A model generated the notes under the pieces. The model had not been told where the DNA came from. It worked only from the letters and a program-made list of their open reading frames with translations, and did not search any database. Source: a virus (Duplodnaviria; Caudoviricetes). From it: DNA of 52,305 bases. A program made the translations under genes and the position numbers. Positions within the stretch are counted from its first letter, which is position 1, and every line of letters begins with the position of its first letter. The stretch lies in IMG/VR virus record IMGVR_UViG_3300047481_000444, positions 1 to 52,305 of that record; one strand, 5' to 3'. This document shows positions 1 through 10,067 of this stretch, piece by piece.

Positions 1-306
1 GTGCCGCCTGTGCAGCCTGTGGAGAAGACCCAGCGAAAGGCAAAGAAGCTGGAAGAGGTGTTGTTGGATGACACCAAATACCTCACCATATCTGAATTTG
101 AGATGTTCAGAGCAGATGTGCTGAGGCAACTAAAGGAAATAAGAAAAGAGCTATGGCGTTTATCAAAACCCATGTCGCCTGTGGAGCCTGTGGAAGCAGT
201 GACGCCAGATCCATCAACGCTGACGGCTCTAGCTTCTGCTTCAGTTGCAATGGGTTCTTCCCAGCAGACAACCCTATCACTACCACGACCAAAAGGAAAA
301 ACGTGA
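1..306 (+). CDS. hypothetical protein, possibly 5'-truncated by the window edge; 3' half overlaps the primase gene
   Basis: Open frame from the window start; helical-looking core (EFEMFRADVLRQLKEIRKEL); no recognised motif. Confidence 0.45.
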   Translation: MPPVQPVEKTQRKAKKLEEVLLDDTKYLTISEFEMFRADVLRQLKEIRKELWRLSKPMSPVEPVEAVTPDPSTLTALASASVAMGSSQQTTLSLPRPKGKT

Positions 307-1754
307 GCAACGTCTCCAAATACTTTGATGACAACGAATCAGCACCTTGGCCTGAGCGTCGTTTGACCAGGGCAACATTGGAGCGCTATGGTGTCGTCAA
401 GAGCCAGAAGGATTGGTACTTTCCTTATCACGACAAAGACGGCACTCTTGTCGCTGCAAAGGTGAGGAACATTGCAGAGAAGAAGTTCCATGTTGAAGGT
501 GAGTTTGGTAAAGCTACGTTGTTTGGACAGCATCTTTACACCGCTGGTGGTAAGTATGTAACGGTTCTAGAGGGCGAAGCAGATTGCTTAGCGGCTTTCC
601 AAGCCACTGGCAGCAAGTGGCCTTGCGTCAGCATCCGCAGCGGTGCTTCCAACGCTCTGAAGGATTGCAGAGCAGCCTACGAATGGCTAGACAGCTTTGA
701 AAACATTGTCATCTGCTTTGACAATGATGAGCCTGGGAAGAAGGCAGCGAAGGAAGTGGCAGAACTCTTTGGCAACAAAGCCAAGGTGTTCAAGCACGAC
801 CCTGATATAAAGGACGCCTGTGACTACACCGCAGCCAACAAAGAGGCTGTGTTTGTACATAGGTGGTGGAGTGCTGAGCCCTACATTCCCGATGGCATCA
901 TTGCAGGCACAACGCTGTGGGATTTGGTGTCAACGCCACCAGAGCCTGCACAGTGTCTCTACCCTTGGTCTGGACTGAACTCTCTCACCAACGGTATCCG
1001 CACAGGTGAGCTTGTCACCATCACTGCTGGTAGTGGATTAGGTAAGTCACAGGTGATGCGTGAAATTGCTTGGCATGTGCTGTGCAACACAGATGACAAC
1101 CTTGGATTCTTGTTCATGGAAGAAGGCATCAGGAAGACAGGATTGTCTTTGATGTCGTTGGCAGTGAACAAGCCTTTGCATCTGCCAGACACTGTTGCTT
1201 CTGAAGAAGAACGCAAGGATGCTTTTGAACGAACCCTGGGCACGGGACGGATGTATCTGTTTGAGAATTTTGGAAGCACTTCTCTTGAGAACATTGTCAA
1301 CCGTGTGCGTTACATGTCAAAAGCATTGACATGCAAATATATCTTCCTTGATCACTTGTCCATCATTGTCAGTAGTCAAGAGAATGGCGATGAGAGAAAA
1401 GCTCTCGATGAAATCATGACGAAGCTGCGGATGTTGGTACAAGAAACAAACATTTCTTTGTTTGTGGTGTCACATCTGAAGAGGCCCGATGGCAAAGGCC
1501 ATGAGGACGGGGCTATGACGTCTCTGTCTCAGCTTCGTGGAAGCGCTGCCATTGCACAACTCAGCGACATGGTGATAGGTCTTGAGCGTAACGGACAAGC
1601 CGATGACCCAATGGAGCGCAACAAGACACGGCTGCGTGTGCTGAAGAATCGTTGGAATGGTGAGACAGGACCAGCGTGCTATCTGTTGTTCAACAAGCAG
1701 ACAGGCAGGATGCTGGAGGTTGATGACGTTGAGGAAGAAGAGGTGGTGCTGTGA
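153..1754 (+). CDS. T7 gp4-like DNA primase-helicase
   Basis: N-terminal Zn finger (CGACGSSD...CFSC), TOPRIM (EGEADC, FDNDEPG), Walker A AGSGLGKS, DnaB-type motifs IFLDHLSI, VVSHLKR, LRGSAAIAQLSD, KNRW.GETG. Confidence 0.96.
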   Translation: MAFIKTHVACGACGSSDARSINADGSSFCFSCNGFFPADNPITTTTKRKNVSNVSKYFDDNESAPWPERRLTRATLERYGVVKSQKDWYFPYHDKDGTLVAAKVRNIAEKKFHVEGEFGKATLFGQHLYTAGGKYVTVLEGEADCLAAFQATGSKWPCVSIRSGASNALKDCRAAYEWLDSFENIVICFDNDEPGKKAAKEVAELFGNKAKVFKHDPDIKDACDYTAANKEAVFVHRWWSAEPYIPDGIIAGTTLWDLVSTPPEPAQCLYPWSGLNSLTNGIRTGELVTITAGSGLGKSQVMREIAWHVLCNTDDNLGFLFMEEGIRKTGLSLMSLAVNKPLHLPDTVASEEERKDAFERTLGTGRMYLFENFGSTSLENIVNRVRYMSKALTCKYIFLDHLSIIVSSQENGDERKALDEIMTKLRMLVQETNISLFVVSHLKRPDGKGHEDGAMTSLSQLRGSAAIAQLSDMVIGLERNGQADDPMERNKTRLRVLKNRWNGETGPACYLLFNKQTGRMLEVDDVEEEEVVL

Positions 1755-3565
1755 TTTTCCTTGACGGTGAAACCAACCTAACCCATGACACCATCTGGCT
1801 TGTCATCACCAAGAAAGATGATGAGGTGAAGGCATGGAAGGACAGGACAGGTCTTCAACAATATCTTGATGGACATCAGGTTGTTGCTCACAATGGCATT
1901 GAGTTTGACTTTGATGTCCTAGCCAAGGTGTGGAAGGTGCATGTACCTGAGCATATGCAGGTAGATACGTTGGTGATGTCACGGCTGTACAACCCTGAGC
2001 TAGCTCCTCCTGAAGAAGATCCCAAGGCAGGGAAGCACAGCCTGCGTAGCTGGGGTATTCGCTTTGGCGACTACAAAGGAGACTTCGACGCTTTTGAGAC
2101 AGGCTGGTCTCAGGAGATGGAAGACTATTGCATTCAGGATGTGCTGCTGCTGGAGAAGCTCCATCAACACCTGACGCAAGAGATGAATGCTATGGGCTTC
2201 AGTGCCTACAGCATTGAACTAGAGCACAAGGTTGCTCACATCTGCAAAAGGATGATGGACAATGGTTATCCCATCGATGTCCCTAAAGCTCAGACTCTTC
2301 TGGCTACACTGTCAGGTAAGATGGCTGACATTGAGAATCGCCTTCAAGAAGTATTTCCACCAACCATAGAAGAGACAAAGACTCCTCAATTTTGGGAGGT
2401 TGTCACTGATGATTGGAAGGAGTACAAGGCAGACACCAAAGGGGCTCTACTGGAGTTGCTGAAGTCCTCTGGTGTACCTAAGCCATCGAAGGTGATACAG
2501 GAAGCGCTACCAGGGCCGATGAAGGTGAAGGTTATTCCATTCAATCCTGGCAGCAGGCAACAGATTGCAGAACGTCTTCAGAGCCTCGGTGTTGAGTTCA
2601 CTGAGACAACGGAGAAGGGCTCGATCAGCATCAACGAAGACATCCTCGGTGACATTGACAAGCCTGAGGCTAAGCTGCTCAATGAATACCTGATGCTGCA
2701 AAAGCGTGTGGCACAGGTGAGTAGCTGGCTTGAGAAGGAGAAGGATGGTGTTGTCTATGGACGCATCATTGCCTGTGGTGCTGTCACAGGCAGAGCTACA
2801 CACAACAGCCCTAATCTAGGGCAGGTGCCGAATGTGTCAGCGCCCTATGGCAATGAATGCAGAGAAGTGTGGCACCCAGGTCAGGGCAGGATGCAGGTTG
2901 GTGTTGACCTCAGCGGCATCGAGCTACGTTGTCTTGCTCACTATCTGAATGATGAAGAATGGACCAACACGCTGTTGACAGGTGATGTCCATTGGATGAA
3001 TGCACAGGCTTTTGGGCTGGTTCCAAAGGGCACAGTGAAGGACGACAGCGCTGAGCATAAGAAGGTGAGGAACATGACGAAGACGCTGACCTATGGCGTC
3101 TTGTATGGCGCTGGCGCTGAGAAGGCTGGCTCCATCGTTGGTGGTTCTTCTACCAAAGGTAAGAAGCTCATTGACAACTTCATCAACAACACACCCGGTC
3201 TGGCTGAGTTAAAGAAGAAGCTGTCAAAGTTCGTCAAGAAGGGACACCTACCTGGGCTTGATGGCAGGCGTGTGTGGGTACGCAGCGAGCACGCTGCTCT
3301 TAACACCCTGCTCCAATCCGCAGGTGCCATCATCGCCAAGCAGTGGCTTGTTGAGTCTGTGCAGCTATTGAAGGACAACAACATTGATGCTAAACTCATC
3401 GCCTTCGTTCACGACGAGACACAATGGAGTGTGTTGCCAGTGCAAGCTGAGCAGGCTGCTCGATTGGTGGAGCAGGCAGCAGCAAAGGCTGGTGAGGCTC
3501 TGAAGTTCCGTTGTAGGGTGGATGCTGAAGGCAAGGTTGGAAACAACTGGAAGGAATGTCACTAA
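1751..3565 (+). CDS. polA: family A DNA polymerase with 3'-5' exonuclease domain (T7 gp5-like)
   Basis: ExoI DGET, ExoII HNGIEFD, ExoIII YCIQDV; motif A DLSGIELR, motif B KTLTYGVLYG, motif C FVHDETQ; GTG start overlaps the primase stop. Confidence 0.96.
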   Translation: MIFLDGETNLTHDTIWLVITKKDDEVKAWKDRTGLQQYLDGHQVVAHNGIEFDFDVLAKVWKVHVPEHMQVDTLVMSRLYNPELAPPEEDPKAGKHSLRSWGIRFGDYKGDFDAFETGWSQEMEDYCIQDVLLLEKLHQHLTQEMNAMGFSAYSIELEHKVAHICKRMMDNGYPIDVPKAQTLLATLSGKMADIENRLQEVFPPTIEETKTPQFWEVVTDDWKEYKADTKGALLELLKSSGVPKPSKVIQEALPGPMKVKVIPFNPGSRQQIAERLQSLGVEFTETTEKGSISINEDILGDIDKPEAKLLNEYLMLQKRVAQVSSWLEKEKDGVVYGRIIACGAVTGRATHNSPNLGQVPNVSAPYGNECREVWHPGQGRMQVGVDLSGIELRCLAHYLNDEEWTNTLLTGDVHWMNAQAFGLVPKGTVKDDSAEHKKVRNMTKTLTYGVLYGAGAEKAGSIVGGSSTKGKKLIDNFINNTPGLAELKKKLSKFVKKGHLPGLDGRRVWVRSEHAALNTLLQSAGAIIAKQWLVESVQLLKDNNIDAKLIAFVHDETQWSVLPVQAEQAARLVEQAAAKAGEALKFRCRVDAEGKVGNNWKECH

Positions 3566-3611
3566 CACACGAAGCTACAGCGTGTTCAATTCTGTAGCAC
3601 ATTGAAGGAAG

Positions 3612-4019
3612 ATGAAAATGGAAGCTGTGAAACTGAAGGCTACTCTGTTCTGGTGCCAACACAACAAGGTCAACGACATGTCTGGCAAGTACCAGATTGA
3701 CCTGTGTGAACTTTCTGATGCCGCTGTCGAGGCGCTGGAAGGTATTGGCATCGATGTCAAGCAGAAGGACGGGCTTGGTCGCTACATCACTTGCAAGTCC
3801 AACAAACCCATCAAGGTTGTTGACACTGACGGTGATGAGATTGATGAAGACATCGGCAATGGCAGCAAAGCCAAAGCCGTTGTGTCTTCCTACGAATGGA
3901 AGTACAAGAACAGGAAGGGTGTATCTCCTTCGTTGAAGAAGATTGTCGTCACTGAGCATGTCGAATTTGGTGGCGGCAGTGGAGGCAAGACGACGCTAAA
4001 CGACGACGAAGTGCTCTGA
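3612..4019 (+). CDS. probable single-stranded DNA-binding protein (gp2.5-like)
   Basis: Directly after the polymerase; GKYQIDL and IGNGSKA motifs; acidic C-terminal tail DDEVL. Confidence 0.7.
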   Translation: MKMEAVKLKATLFWCQHNKVNDMSGKYQIDLCELSDAAVEALEGIGIDVKQKDGLGRYITCKSNKPIKVVDTDGDEIDEDIGNGSKAKAVVSSYEWKYKNRKGVSPSLKKIVVTEHVEFGGGSGGKTTLNDDEVL

Positions 4020-4180
4020 TGATTTCTATCAAGCTGCCGTCAGAAGGCGATGTCTCTGTTGTTGTCCAGGCTCTGCGTGTCATTGGTCAGCATCATCTTG
4101 CTGGCTACATCGTGCAGCAGGTGGAACAGCAGCAGAGGCTTGTCATCGATGATGCAACGCTTGTGAGGGAAGCTCAGTGA
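4019..4180 (+). CDS. small hypothetical protein (53 aa, MISIKLPSEG...EAQ), not in the ORF track
   Basis: ATG overlaps the SSB stop (TGATG) and its TGA overlaps the exonuclease GTG; fills the gap exactly. Confidence 0.65.
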   Translation: MISIKLPSEGDVSVVVQALRVIGQHHLAGYIVQQVEQQQRLVIDDATLVREAQ

Positions 4181-4866
4181 AGGCGCTCATCGACGGAGAT
4201 GTTTTGTGCTATAGGGCTGCATTCGCCTGCAAAGACGACTCAGCCTCTATGGCACGATACACCATCGACAGCAGCGTAACAACAGCATTGTTAACGTGCG
4301 ACACCGATGATAGAGAGTATTACTCTTGGCAAATATATTTGACAGGAGCTACCAACTTCAGAAACAAGATAGCCAAGACAGCCGTCTACAAAGGCAACAG
4401 AACGCAACCAAAGCCACAGCATCTGCCTGTGGTGCGGAAACATCTGTTGAAGGAATGGAAGGCTGTGCTGTCTAAAGGTGAAGAAGCCGACGACTCCATT
4501 GCCATTGAAGCCACGAAGCTCAATCACCAGTGCTGCATCATCTCCATCGACAAGGACTTCATGCAAGTGCCTTGTCACATCTACAACCCTGTTAAACGAG
4601 AACATCACTTCATTGAACCCTTTGATGGACTACGCAACTTCTACAAGCAAATTCTCACTGGTGATGCTGTGGACAACATCATTGGTCTTCATGGCATAGG
4701 GCCTGTAAAGGCTGCTAGGCTGCTTGAAAACTGCACCACAGAGCAACAGATGTATGAAGCCTGCGTAGAAGCCTATGAGGGCAATGTAGAGCGTGTCATC
4801 GAGAACGGACAACTGTTATGGCTGAGACGAAAGGAAAAGGAAATATGGCAACCACCGAAGGCGTGA
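4177..4866 (+). CDS. 5'-3' exonuclease / RNase H-like (T7 gp6-like)
   Basis: LIDGD, YKGNR, EADD, SIDKD, LTGDAVDNIIGLHGIGPVKA (H3TH) motifs. Confidence 0.92.
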   Translation: MKALIDGDVLCYRAAFACKDDSASMARYTIDSSVTTALLTCDTDDREYYSWQIYLTGATNFRNKIAKTAVYKGNRTQPKPQHLPVVRKHLLKEWKAVLSKGEEADDSIAIEATKLNHQCCIISIDKDFMQVPCHIYNPVKREHHFIEPFDGLRNFYKQILTGDAVDNIIGLHGIGPVKAARLLENCTTEQQMYEACVEAYEGNVERVIENGQLLWLRRKEKEIWQPPKA

Positions 4867-5216
4867 AACACGATGAAGGAAAACCTCAATTCTCTCTAAT
4901 GAAGCCTGATGCTTTGATGGAGATGGTGGCTGTGTTGACATATGGGGCTAAGAAATATAGCCCTGACAATTGGAAGCTGCTGGAGAATGCGCGTCAGCGC
5001 TACTTCGATGCTGCCAACAGGCATCTGTGGCAGTGGTATGGTGGTGAAGAGAAAGACCCTGAATCAGGGCTGCACCATCTGGCACATGCTATGTCGTCGT
5101 TGATGTTCTTGATTCAGATGGATGTAGACAAGAAACCAACAAAAGTATCTGTTCACAACGTCACCAAGGGAACACATGAAGACTGGATGCTAGAGTCAGT
5201 ACCGCATGGCTACTGA
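4845..5216 (+). CDS. dATP/dGTP diphosphohydrolase-domain protein (DUF5664-like)
   Basis: GVKHDEGKP...VLTYGAKKY..DNW...Y..A..RHL..W..GE..DPESGLHHLAHA signature; start taken at the ATG after AAGGA. Confidence 0.8.
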   Translation: MATTEGVKHDEGKPQFSLMKPDALMEMVAVLTYGAKKYSPDNWKLLENARQRYFDAANRHLWQWYGGEEKDPESGLHHLAHAMSSLMFLIQMDVDKKPTKVSVHNVTKGTHEDWMLESVPHGY

Positions 5217-5679
5217 TGTAGTCTGGACAGAGGCCCGCTTCAGGGCCTTCATCGTCAGTGCGTTGAGAAAGGCTTCATCTCGTTGGCCTGCGAAATATCA
5301 GACAATGAAAGAAGCCTGTGTAGGTAGATCCATCAATACCAGCACAGGTAAGATGGCTCTGCACTACAAATGTGCAGGCTGCTGTGGTACATTCCCTGCG
5401 ACGGCTGTGGCAGTGGATCACATACAGCCTGTGGTGGAGCCTAAAACAGGCTTCGTTAATTGGGACACATTCATTGCAAGATTGTTCTGTAACAAGGAAG
5501 GCTTGCAGGTTTTGTGCAAGGTCTGTCATGATGCAAAGACAGCAACGGAAAGAAAGGAACGCAAAGATGTACTCGCTAAATCTAGAGTGGGAAACAGTGC
5601 AGAGCATGGTGTTGCAGATGCTGAAGGAAGACTACAAAAGCCTTCACGCAGACCTAAAAAGGGACTTCCAGCACCCTGA
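5206..5679 (+). CDS. HNH-family endonuclease
   Basis: CAGC...VDHIQPV...LQVLCKVCHDAKT. Confidence 0.8.
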   Translation: MATDVVWTEARFRAFIVSALRKASSRWPAKYQTMKEACVGRSINTSTGKMALHYKCAGCCGTFPATAVAVDHIQPVVEPKTGFVNWDTFIARLFCNKEGLQVLCKVCHDAKTATERKERKDVLAKSRVGNSAEHGVADAEGRLQKPSRRPKKGLPAP

Positions 5680-5935
5680 AGATAGAGCCTTCAACATCAA
5701 GATGAAGGAAGCCTTCGGTGTTCTTTTCCGCTATTACATGGCTTCAGCAGAGGCTGATGAATTTGTAAAGAGCGTTGAAGAAGGGAAGGAAGACGAAAGC
5801 ATCCAAATCCACATGGATGAAGAAACAACGCAGAAGGTCTTTGAAGCCGCTCTCTACTCTGCCATCAACAACTACCTACAGGAACAGAAAGATGCCGTCC
5901 AGCGCCAAATTGATTTGGGCAACACCCAATCTTGA
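5567..5935 (+). CDS. hypothetical protein
   Basis: ATG downstream of AAGGA within ORF 5372..5935; overlaps its neighbours as expected in an operon. Confidence 0.6.
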   Translation: MYSLNLEWETVQSMVLQMLKEDYKSLHADLKRDFQHPEDRAFNIKMKEAFGVLFRYYMASAEADEFVKSVEEGKEDESIQIHMDEETTQKVFEAALYSAINNYLQEQKDAVQRQIDLGNTQS

Positions 5936-6551
5936 AAGCGTCCTTGCCTATTGTGCTCGTGTTAGCAACCCTGCTAACCAGCACAATGATGAGACAGCAC
6001 CAAAGCTGCTTCGCTACTGCATGAAACATAAACACTGGTCTGTGTTTGAGATGGGCAACATCTGCATCGAGATTGAAACAATGAGAGACATTGCCCGTCA
6101 AATTCTCAGGCATCGTAGCTTCAGCTTTCAAGAATTCAGCCAACGCTATGCTGTTGTAGGTGATCACGATATCAGCGCAGCCAGGATGAAGGACTACAAG
6201 AATAGGCAGAACAGCATCCCAACAGAGGATAGGGAGATTCAGCGCTGGTGGGAAGAACAGCAGCAGCAGACATGGAAGAAGGCTAAGGCTGTGTATGAAC
6301 ATGCCTTGAACATTGGCATTGCAAAGGAGGTGGCGAGGAAGGTGTTGCCTGAAGGCATGACGATGTCTCGGATGTACGTCAATGGCACTGTGCGTAGCTG
6401 GCTGCACTACATTGATGTACGTTGTGATGAAGCAACGCAGAAGGAGCATAGGGAATTGGCGACACAGTGTGGAGTCATTGTGGCAAACTTGCTACCATCT
6501 CTGTTCCCTATGCCTGATGGAGGCTACTATGGAACGAATCAAAGTCATTGA
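5892..6551 (+). CDS. thyX: FAD-dependent thymidylate synthase
   Basis: HWSVFE and RQILRHRSFSFQEFSQRY (RHRx7S signature); AKEVARKVLP; TQKEHR. Confidence 0.95.
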   Translation: MPSSAKLIWATPNLESVLAYCARVSNPANQHNDETAPKLLRYCMKHKHWSVFEMGNICIEIETMRDIARQILRHRSFSFQEFSQRYAVVGDHDISAARMKDYKNRQNSIPTEDREIQRWWEEQQQQTWKKAKAVYEHALNIGIAKEVARKVLPEGMTMSRMYVNGTVRSWLHYIDVRCDEATQKEHRELATQCGVIVANLLPSLFPMPDGGYYGTNQSH

Positions 6552-6708
6552 CCCACCACAAGGATGGAAATATGGATTCCCTAAACCAATCCCCGATGCT
6601 GTCGTCAACTTCAGACAATGGCTCATCGATAACGGATATCCAGAAAGGCTCATCGATGAATACGGAAAACACTTCTACTGCCGATCATGGTATCAAGACG
6701 CTGAATGA
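6529..6708 (+). CDS. small conserved phage hypothetical protein
   Basis: GGAGG RBS; IDPPQGWKYGFPKP...WL...GYP pattern typical of small phage proteins. Confidence 0.65.
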   Translation: MERIKVIDPPQGWKYGFPKPIPDAVVNFRQWLIDNGYPERLIDEYGKHFYCRSWYQDAE

Positions 6709-7030
6709 CTATCAAGCTAAGGCATGGAGCTATGCGCTTCCCTCTGCTCAGACTTTTTCCTATCTCTTTCCAGGCATTGCTGCTGAGGTAGGTGAACTCT
6801 GTGGTGTGCAGGCTAAGTATGTCAGAGACAGAACTTTCTCCACAGACCATTGGATGTGGGAAAAAAGACAAGAAGATTTGCAAAAAGAACTAGGCGATGT
6901 CCTGTGGTTTGTTGCGGGCATCGCCTACAGCGCTGGCTGGGCGCTGGAAGACATTGCTCAAATGAACATTGACAAGCTGGAGGATAGACGACAGAGGAAT
7001 GTGATTCAAGGAAGTGGTGACAACCGCTAA
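6656..7030 (+). CDS. mazG: MazG-like nucleotide pyrophosphohydrolase
   Basis: LNDYQ...AEVGEL...KELGDVLWF...NIDKL..R..R.VIQGSGDNR; start uncertain. Confidence 0.85.
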   Translation: MNTENTSTADHGIKTLNDYQAKAWSYALPSAQTFSYLFPGIAAEVGELCGVQAKYVRDRTFSTDHWMWEKRQEDLQKELGDVLWFVAGIAYSAGWALEDIAQMNIDKLEDRRQRNVIQGSGDNR

Positions 7031-7101
7031 GCTGTGATATAACCGCCGACCCCGTCAAGGCAGCTTCATTGCTGCCTTTGTTTTCTGTGAAGGAAGAAAG
7101 A

Positions 7102-9003
7102 ATGCAAACCCCGTGGTCAACCATTGGCTATCTGACGTACAAGCGAACCTATGCCCGTCGTCTTGACGAAGCAGCCGCAAATAGCCCCACTGAAGAGTTC
7201 AATCAAACCGTAGATCGTGTCATCAAAGCCTGTGATGATCAACTCAATGTAGGCTTCACCGCTGACGAAGAGCAACGCCTTCGTTCATATTTCATGCAAC
7301 TCAAGGGCTCTGTTGCAGGCCGTTTCTGGTGGCAGCTTGGTACCAAAACTGTTGATCAGCTTGGGCTGGCTTCGTTGCAAAACTGTGCCTTCACTGTTGT
7401 TGACCATCCCCTCCGTCCTTTCACCTGGGCAATGGATTTGCTGATGCTTGGATCTGGTGTTGGATATAACATCCAGAGGAAAAATGTAGACAAGATTGCT
7501 CCTGTCAACGCTTCCTTCTCCACCCCTACCCGTGTTGACAGAAATGACGCTGACTTCATTGTCCCCGACAGCCGTGAAGGCTGGGTGAAGCTGTTGGGTA
7601 AGACGTTGAAGGCTGCTTTTCTCAGCGACAACGCTGCCACCTTCACCTACAGCACCAAGCTCATTCGCAGCAAGGGAGCCCCCATCAAGGGCTTTGGAGG
7701 CACTGCCAGCGGTCCTGAAGACCTGTGTCAAGGCATTGAACGCATCGGTGCTGTGCTGGAGAAGCGTCGAGGTAAGAAGCTGCGTCCTGTTGATGCTCTT
7801 GACATCATGAACATCATCGGTGCTGTTGTTGTGGCTGGTAATGTTCGACGCAGTGCTCAGATTGCTATTGGGGATGCTGATGATGTTGAGTATTTGCTTG
7901 CTAAGCGTTGGGATCTGGGTAACATTCCTTCGTGGCGTGCTATGTCGAACAATTCTGTGGTTTGTGATGACATCAACGACCTGCATGAATTCTTCTGGGA
8001 TGGCTATGAAGGCAAGGGCGAGCCTTATGGACTCATCAATCTTCGCCTCAGCAAGAAGATGGGACGACTAGGTGAAACGCAATATCCTGATCCCGATGTT
8101 CAGGGCTATAACCCATGCGCGGAGCAGTCGCTGGCAAACTTTGAAACCTGCTGCCTTGCAGAAGTGTTTCTTCCTAATGTGGCAAGCAAAGAAGAGTTCA
8201 TTGACCTGTGCAAGATGCTATATCGCATCAACAAACACAGCCTGATGCTTCCTTGCCATCTGAAGGAAACAGAATCCATTGTCCACAAGAACATGCGTAT
8301 GGGCATTGGTCTAACTGGCATCCTTCAGAGCAGCGAAGAGCAGATTGGCTGGCTTGATGAGTGCTACAGGGCTCTGCGTGCGTATGACGAGGAATACAGC
8401 GCTAAGCTGGGTGTGTCTACATCGGTGAAGCTGACGACAACAAAGCCCTCTGGCACGCTGTCTCTGCTTCCTGGCGTCACCCCTGGCATCCATCCCGGCT
8501 ATGCACAGTACATGATTAGGCGTATCCGTATCTCCAGCAATCACCAATTGGTGGAAACATGTCGCAAGCATGGCTACCCTATCGAGTATCAACGAAACTT
8601 CGATGGCAGCGATGATCGGTCCACTGTTGTTGTGTCCTTCCCGTTCTCCTACCCTGAGGGCACGAAGCTGGCTAAGGATATGACAGCCATCGATCAGCTT
8701 GAAGAGGTGAAGAAGATGCAGACCTTGTGGAGTGACAACAGCGTTAGCTGCACTGTCTACTATCGCAAGGAAGAGCTTCCTGAGATCAAGAAGTATCTGA
8801 AAAAGCATTACAGGAACAACCACAAGAGCTTGTCATTCCTTCTTCATTCGGAGCACGGTTTCGCCCAAGCGCCTTATGAAGAAATCACCAAGGAGCAGTG
8901 GGAAGAACTGACAGCCAGCACCATGCTCATCACCTCTGTTGATGACGCAAACATTGGTCTAGACGATGCTGAATGCGCGTCTGGTGCTTGTCCAATTCGC
9001 TAA
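7102..9003 (+). CDS. nrdJ: class II (adenosylcobalamin-dependent) ribonucleotide reductase
   Basis: TYKRTYAR, LQNCAF, GSGVGY, VVAGNVRRSA, NPCAE, TTKPSGTLS, C-terminal CASGACPIR; no beta-subunit gene nearby. Confidence 0.92.
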   Translation: MQTPWSTIGYLTYKRTYARRLDEAAANSPTEEFNQTVDRVIKACDDQLNVGFTADEEQRLRSYFMQLKGSVAGRFWWQLGTKTVDQLGLASLQNCAFTVVDHPLRPFTWAMDLLMLGSGVGYNIQRKNVDKIAPVNASFSTPTRVDRNDADFIVPDSREGWVKLLGKTLKAAFLSDNAATFTYSTKLIRSKGAPIKGFGGTASGPEDLCQGIERIGAVLEKRRGKKLRPVDALDIMNIIGAVVVAGNVRRSAQIAIGDADDVEYLLAKRWDLGNIPSWRAMSNNSVVCDDINDLHEFFWDGYEGKGEPYGLINLRLSKKMGRLGETQYPDPDVQGYNPCAEQSLANFETCCLAEVFLPNVASKEEFIDLCKMLYRINKHSLMLPCHLKETESIVHKNMRMGIGLTGILQSSEEQIGWLDECYRALRAYDEEYSAKLGVSTSVKLTTTKPSGTLSLLPGVTPGIHPGYAQYMIRRIRISSNHQLVETCRKHGYPIEYQRNFDGSDDRSTVVVSFPFSYPEGTKLAKDMTAIDQLEEVKKMQTLWSDNSVSCTVYYRKEELPEIKKYLKKHYRNNHKSLSFLLHSEHGFAQAPYEEITKEQWEELTASTMLITSVDDANIGLDDAECASGACPIR

Positions 9004-9011
9004 GCAGTAAC

Positions 9012-9042
9012 AAAGAAGGGGCTACAATGCCCCTTTCTTTTT
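9012..9042 (+). terminator. rho-independent terminator
   Basis: AAGGGGC-tacaat-GCCCCTT followed by TCTTTTT after the RNR gene. Confidence 0.75.
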
Positions 9043-9054
9043 ATGAGGAGAGAC

Positions 9055-9816
9055 ATGACAACGAAGCGAACCAAAGCAGCCTTGTTTGAAGGTGCAGCAG
9101 AGACCCCTAGCCAGCCTACGACACCGACAAAGTCTCTGAAGCTGAGGCTGGATGACATGAACACCATTCAGCCTAAGACAGCCATGCAGAAGGCATTCTT
9201 TGATGCCTACAAGGCTGGAGACTACTTCATGTGTCTGCATGGTGTTGCTGGCACAGGCAAGAGCTACATTGCCCTCTACAGGGCCTTGGAAGAGGTGCTG
9301 GATAGGTCTACATCATTCAGCAAGGTTGTCATCATTCGCTCTGCTGTCCAAGGCAGAGACATGGGGCATCTTCCTGGCAACGTTGATGACAAGATGGAGG
9401 TGTACATCCAGCCCTATCGTCAAATCACAACAGACTTCTTCAACAGGAAGGATGCTTGGGATAGGCTTTGTGAGCAAGGACACATAGAATTCCTGTCAAC
9501 GTCCTTCATCAGAGGTACCACCTTCTGGAATGCCGTCATCCTTGTTGATGAGTTCCAGAACATGAACTTTGAAGAGCTTGACACCATCATCACCCGTGTT
9601 GGCAACAACAGCAAAATCATCTTCTGTGGTGACATCAGACAGACGGATCTGCGTAGAAAGGATGACAGGACAGGGTTGCCTAAGTTCATGTCCATTGCTG
9701 AAGGCATGAAGCAATTCAGCAAGTTTGAGTTTGGTGTTGATGATATTGTTCGCAGCAGCCTCGTAAAAGATTACATCATCGCTAAGCTGCACTATGAAGA
9801 TGGAGAACAAAAATGA
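9055..9816 (+). CDS. phoH: PhoH-family ATPase
   Basis: GVAGTGKS, MGHLPG, FIRGTTF, VDEFQN, ITRVG, CGDIRQTD, DIVRS. Confidence 0.93.
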   Translation: MTTKRTKAALFEGAAETPSQPTTPTKSLKLRLDDMNTIQPKTAMQKAFFDAYKAGDYFMCLHGVAGTGKSYIALYRALEEVLDRSTSFSKVVIIRSAVQGRDMGHLPGNVDDKMEVYIQPYRQITTDFFNRKDAWDRLCEQGHIEFLSTSFIRGTTFWNAVILVDEFQNMNFEELDTIITRVGNNSKIIFCGDIRQTDLRRKDDRTGLPKFMSIAEGMKQFSKFEFGVDDIVRSSLVKDYIIAKLHYEDGEQK

Positions 9817-10067
9817 GCATTCACATGGAATTTCGCCACGGCTTTGGCATCGATTTTGAGTTCAACGAGAACATCTGCTTCCGTACTATCGGCATTGACG
9901 AAGACGGAAAAGAAGTTGAAGGAGAAGGCATCCTGTGCTACATTGGACACATCATCAGGCTTCCACTGCTGCTCATCTACATTGGTGAGTTTGCACCGAT
10001 TGAAGAGATGAACAACTTCACCGGCTTCCGCGCCATCAAGAAGAAGGAGCAACAGAGTGACAAATAA
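9813..10067 (+). CDS. hypothetical protein
   Basis: ATGA overlap with phoH; GGAG RBS. Confidence 0.6.
   Translation: MSIHMEFRHGFGIDFEFNENICFRTIGIDEDGKEVEGEGILCYIGHIIRLPLLLIYIGEFAPIEEMNNFTGFRAIKKKEQQSDK

Noticed and set aside
6-196. Short repeat GCCTGTG(C/G)AGCCTGTGGA at about 6-23 and 177-194
   Set aside because: Too short and too near the window edge to interpret; could be chance
2360-2530. Insertion in the DNA polymerase as an intein or intron
   Set aside because: Short in-frame segment at the thumb position where T7-like polymerases carry variable inserts; no intein C/S...HN ends and no stop codons
4845-7030. 2-aminoadenine (Z) genome pathway suggested by the dATP/dGTP diphosphohydrolase and MazG
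   Set aside because: No PurZ/adenylosuccinate-synthetase-like gene in the window; both enzymes are common in ordinary phages
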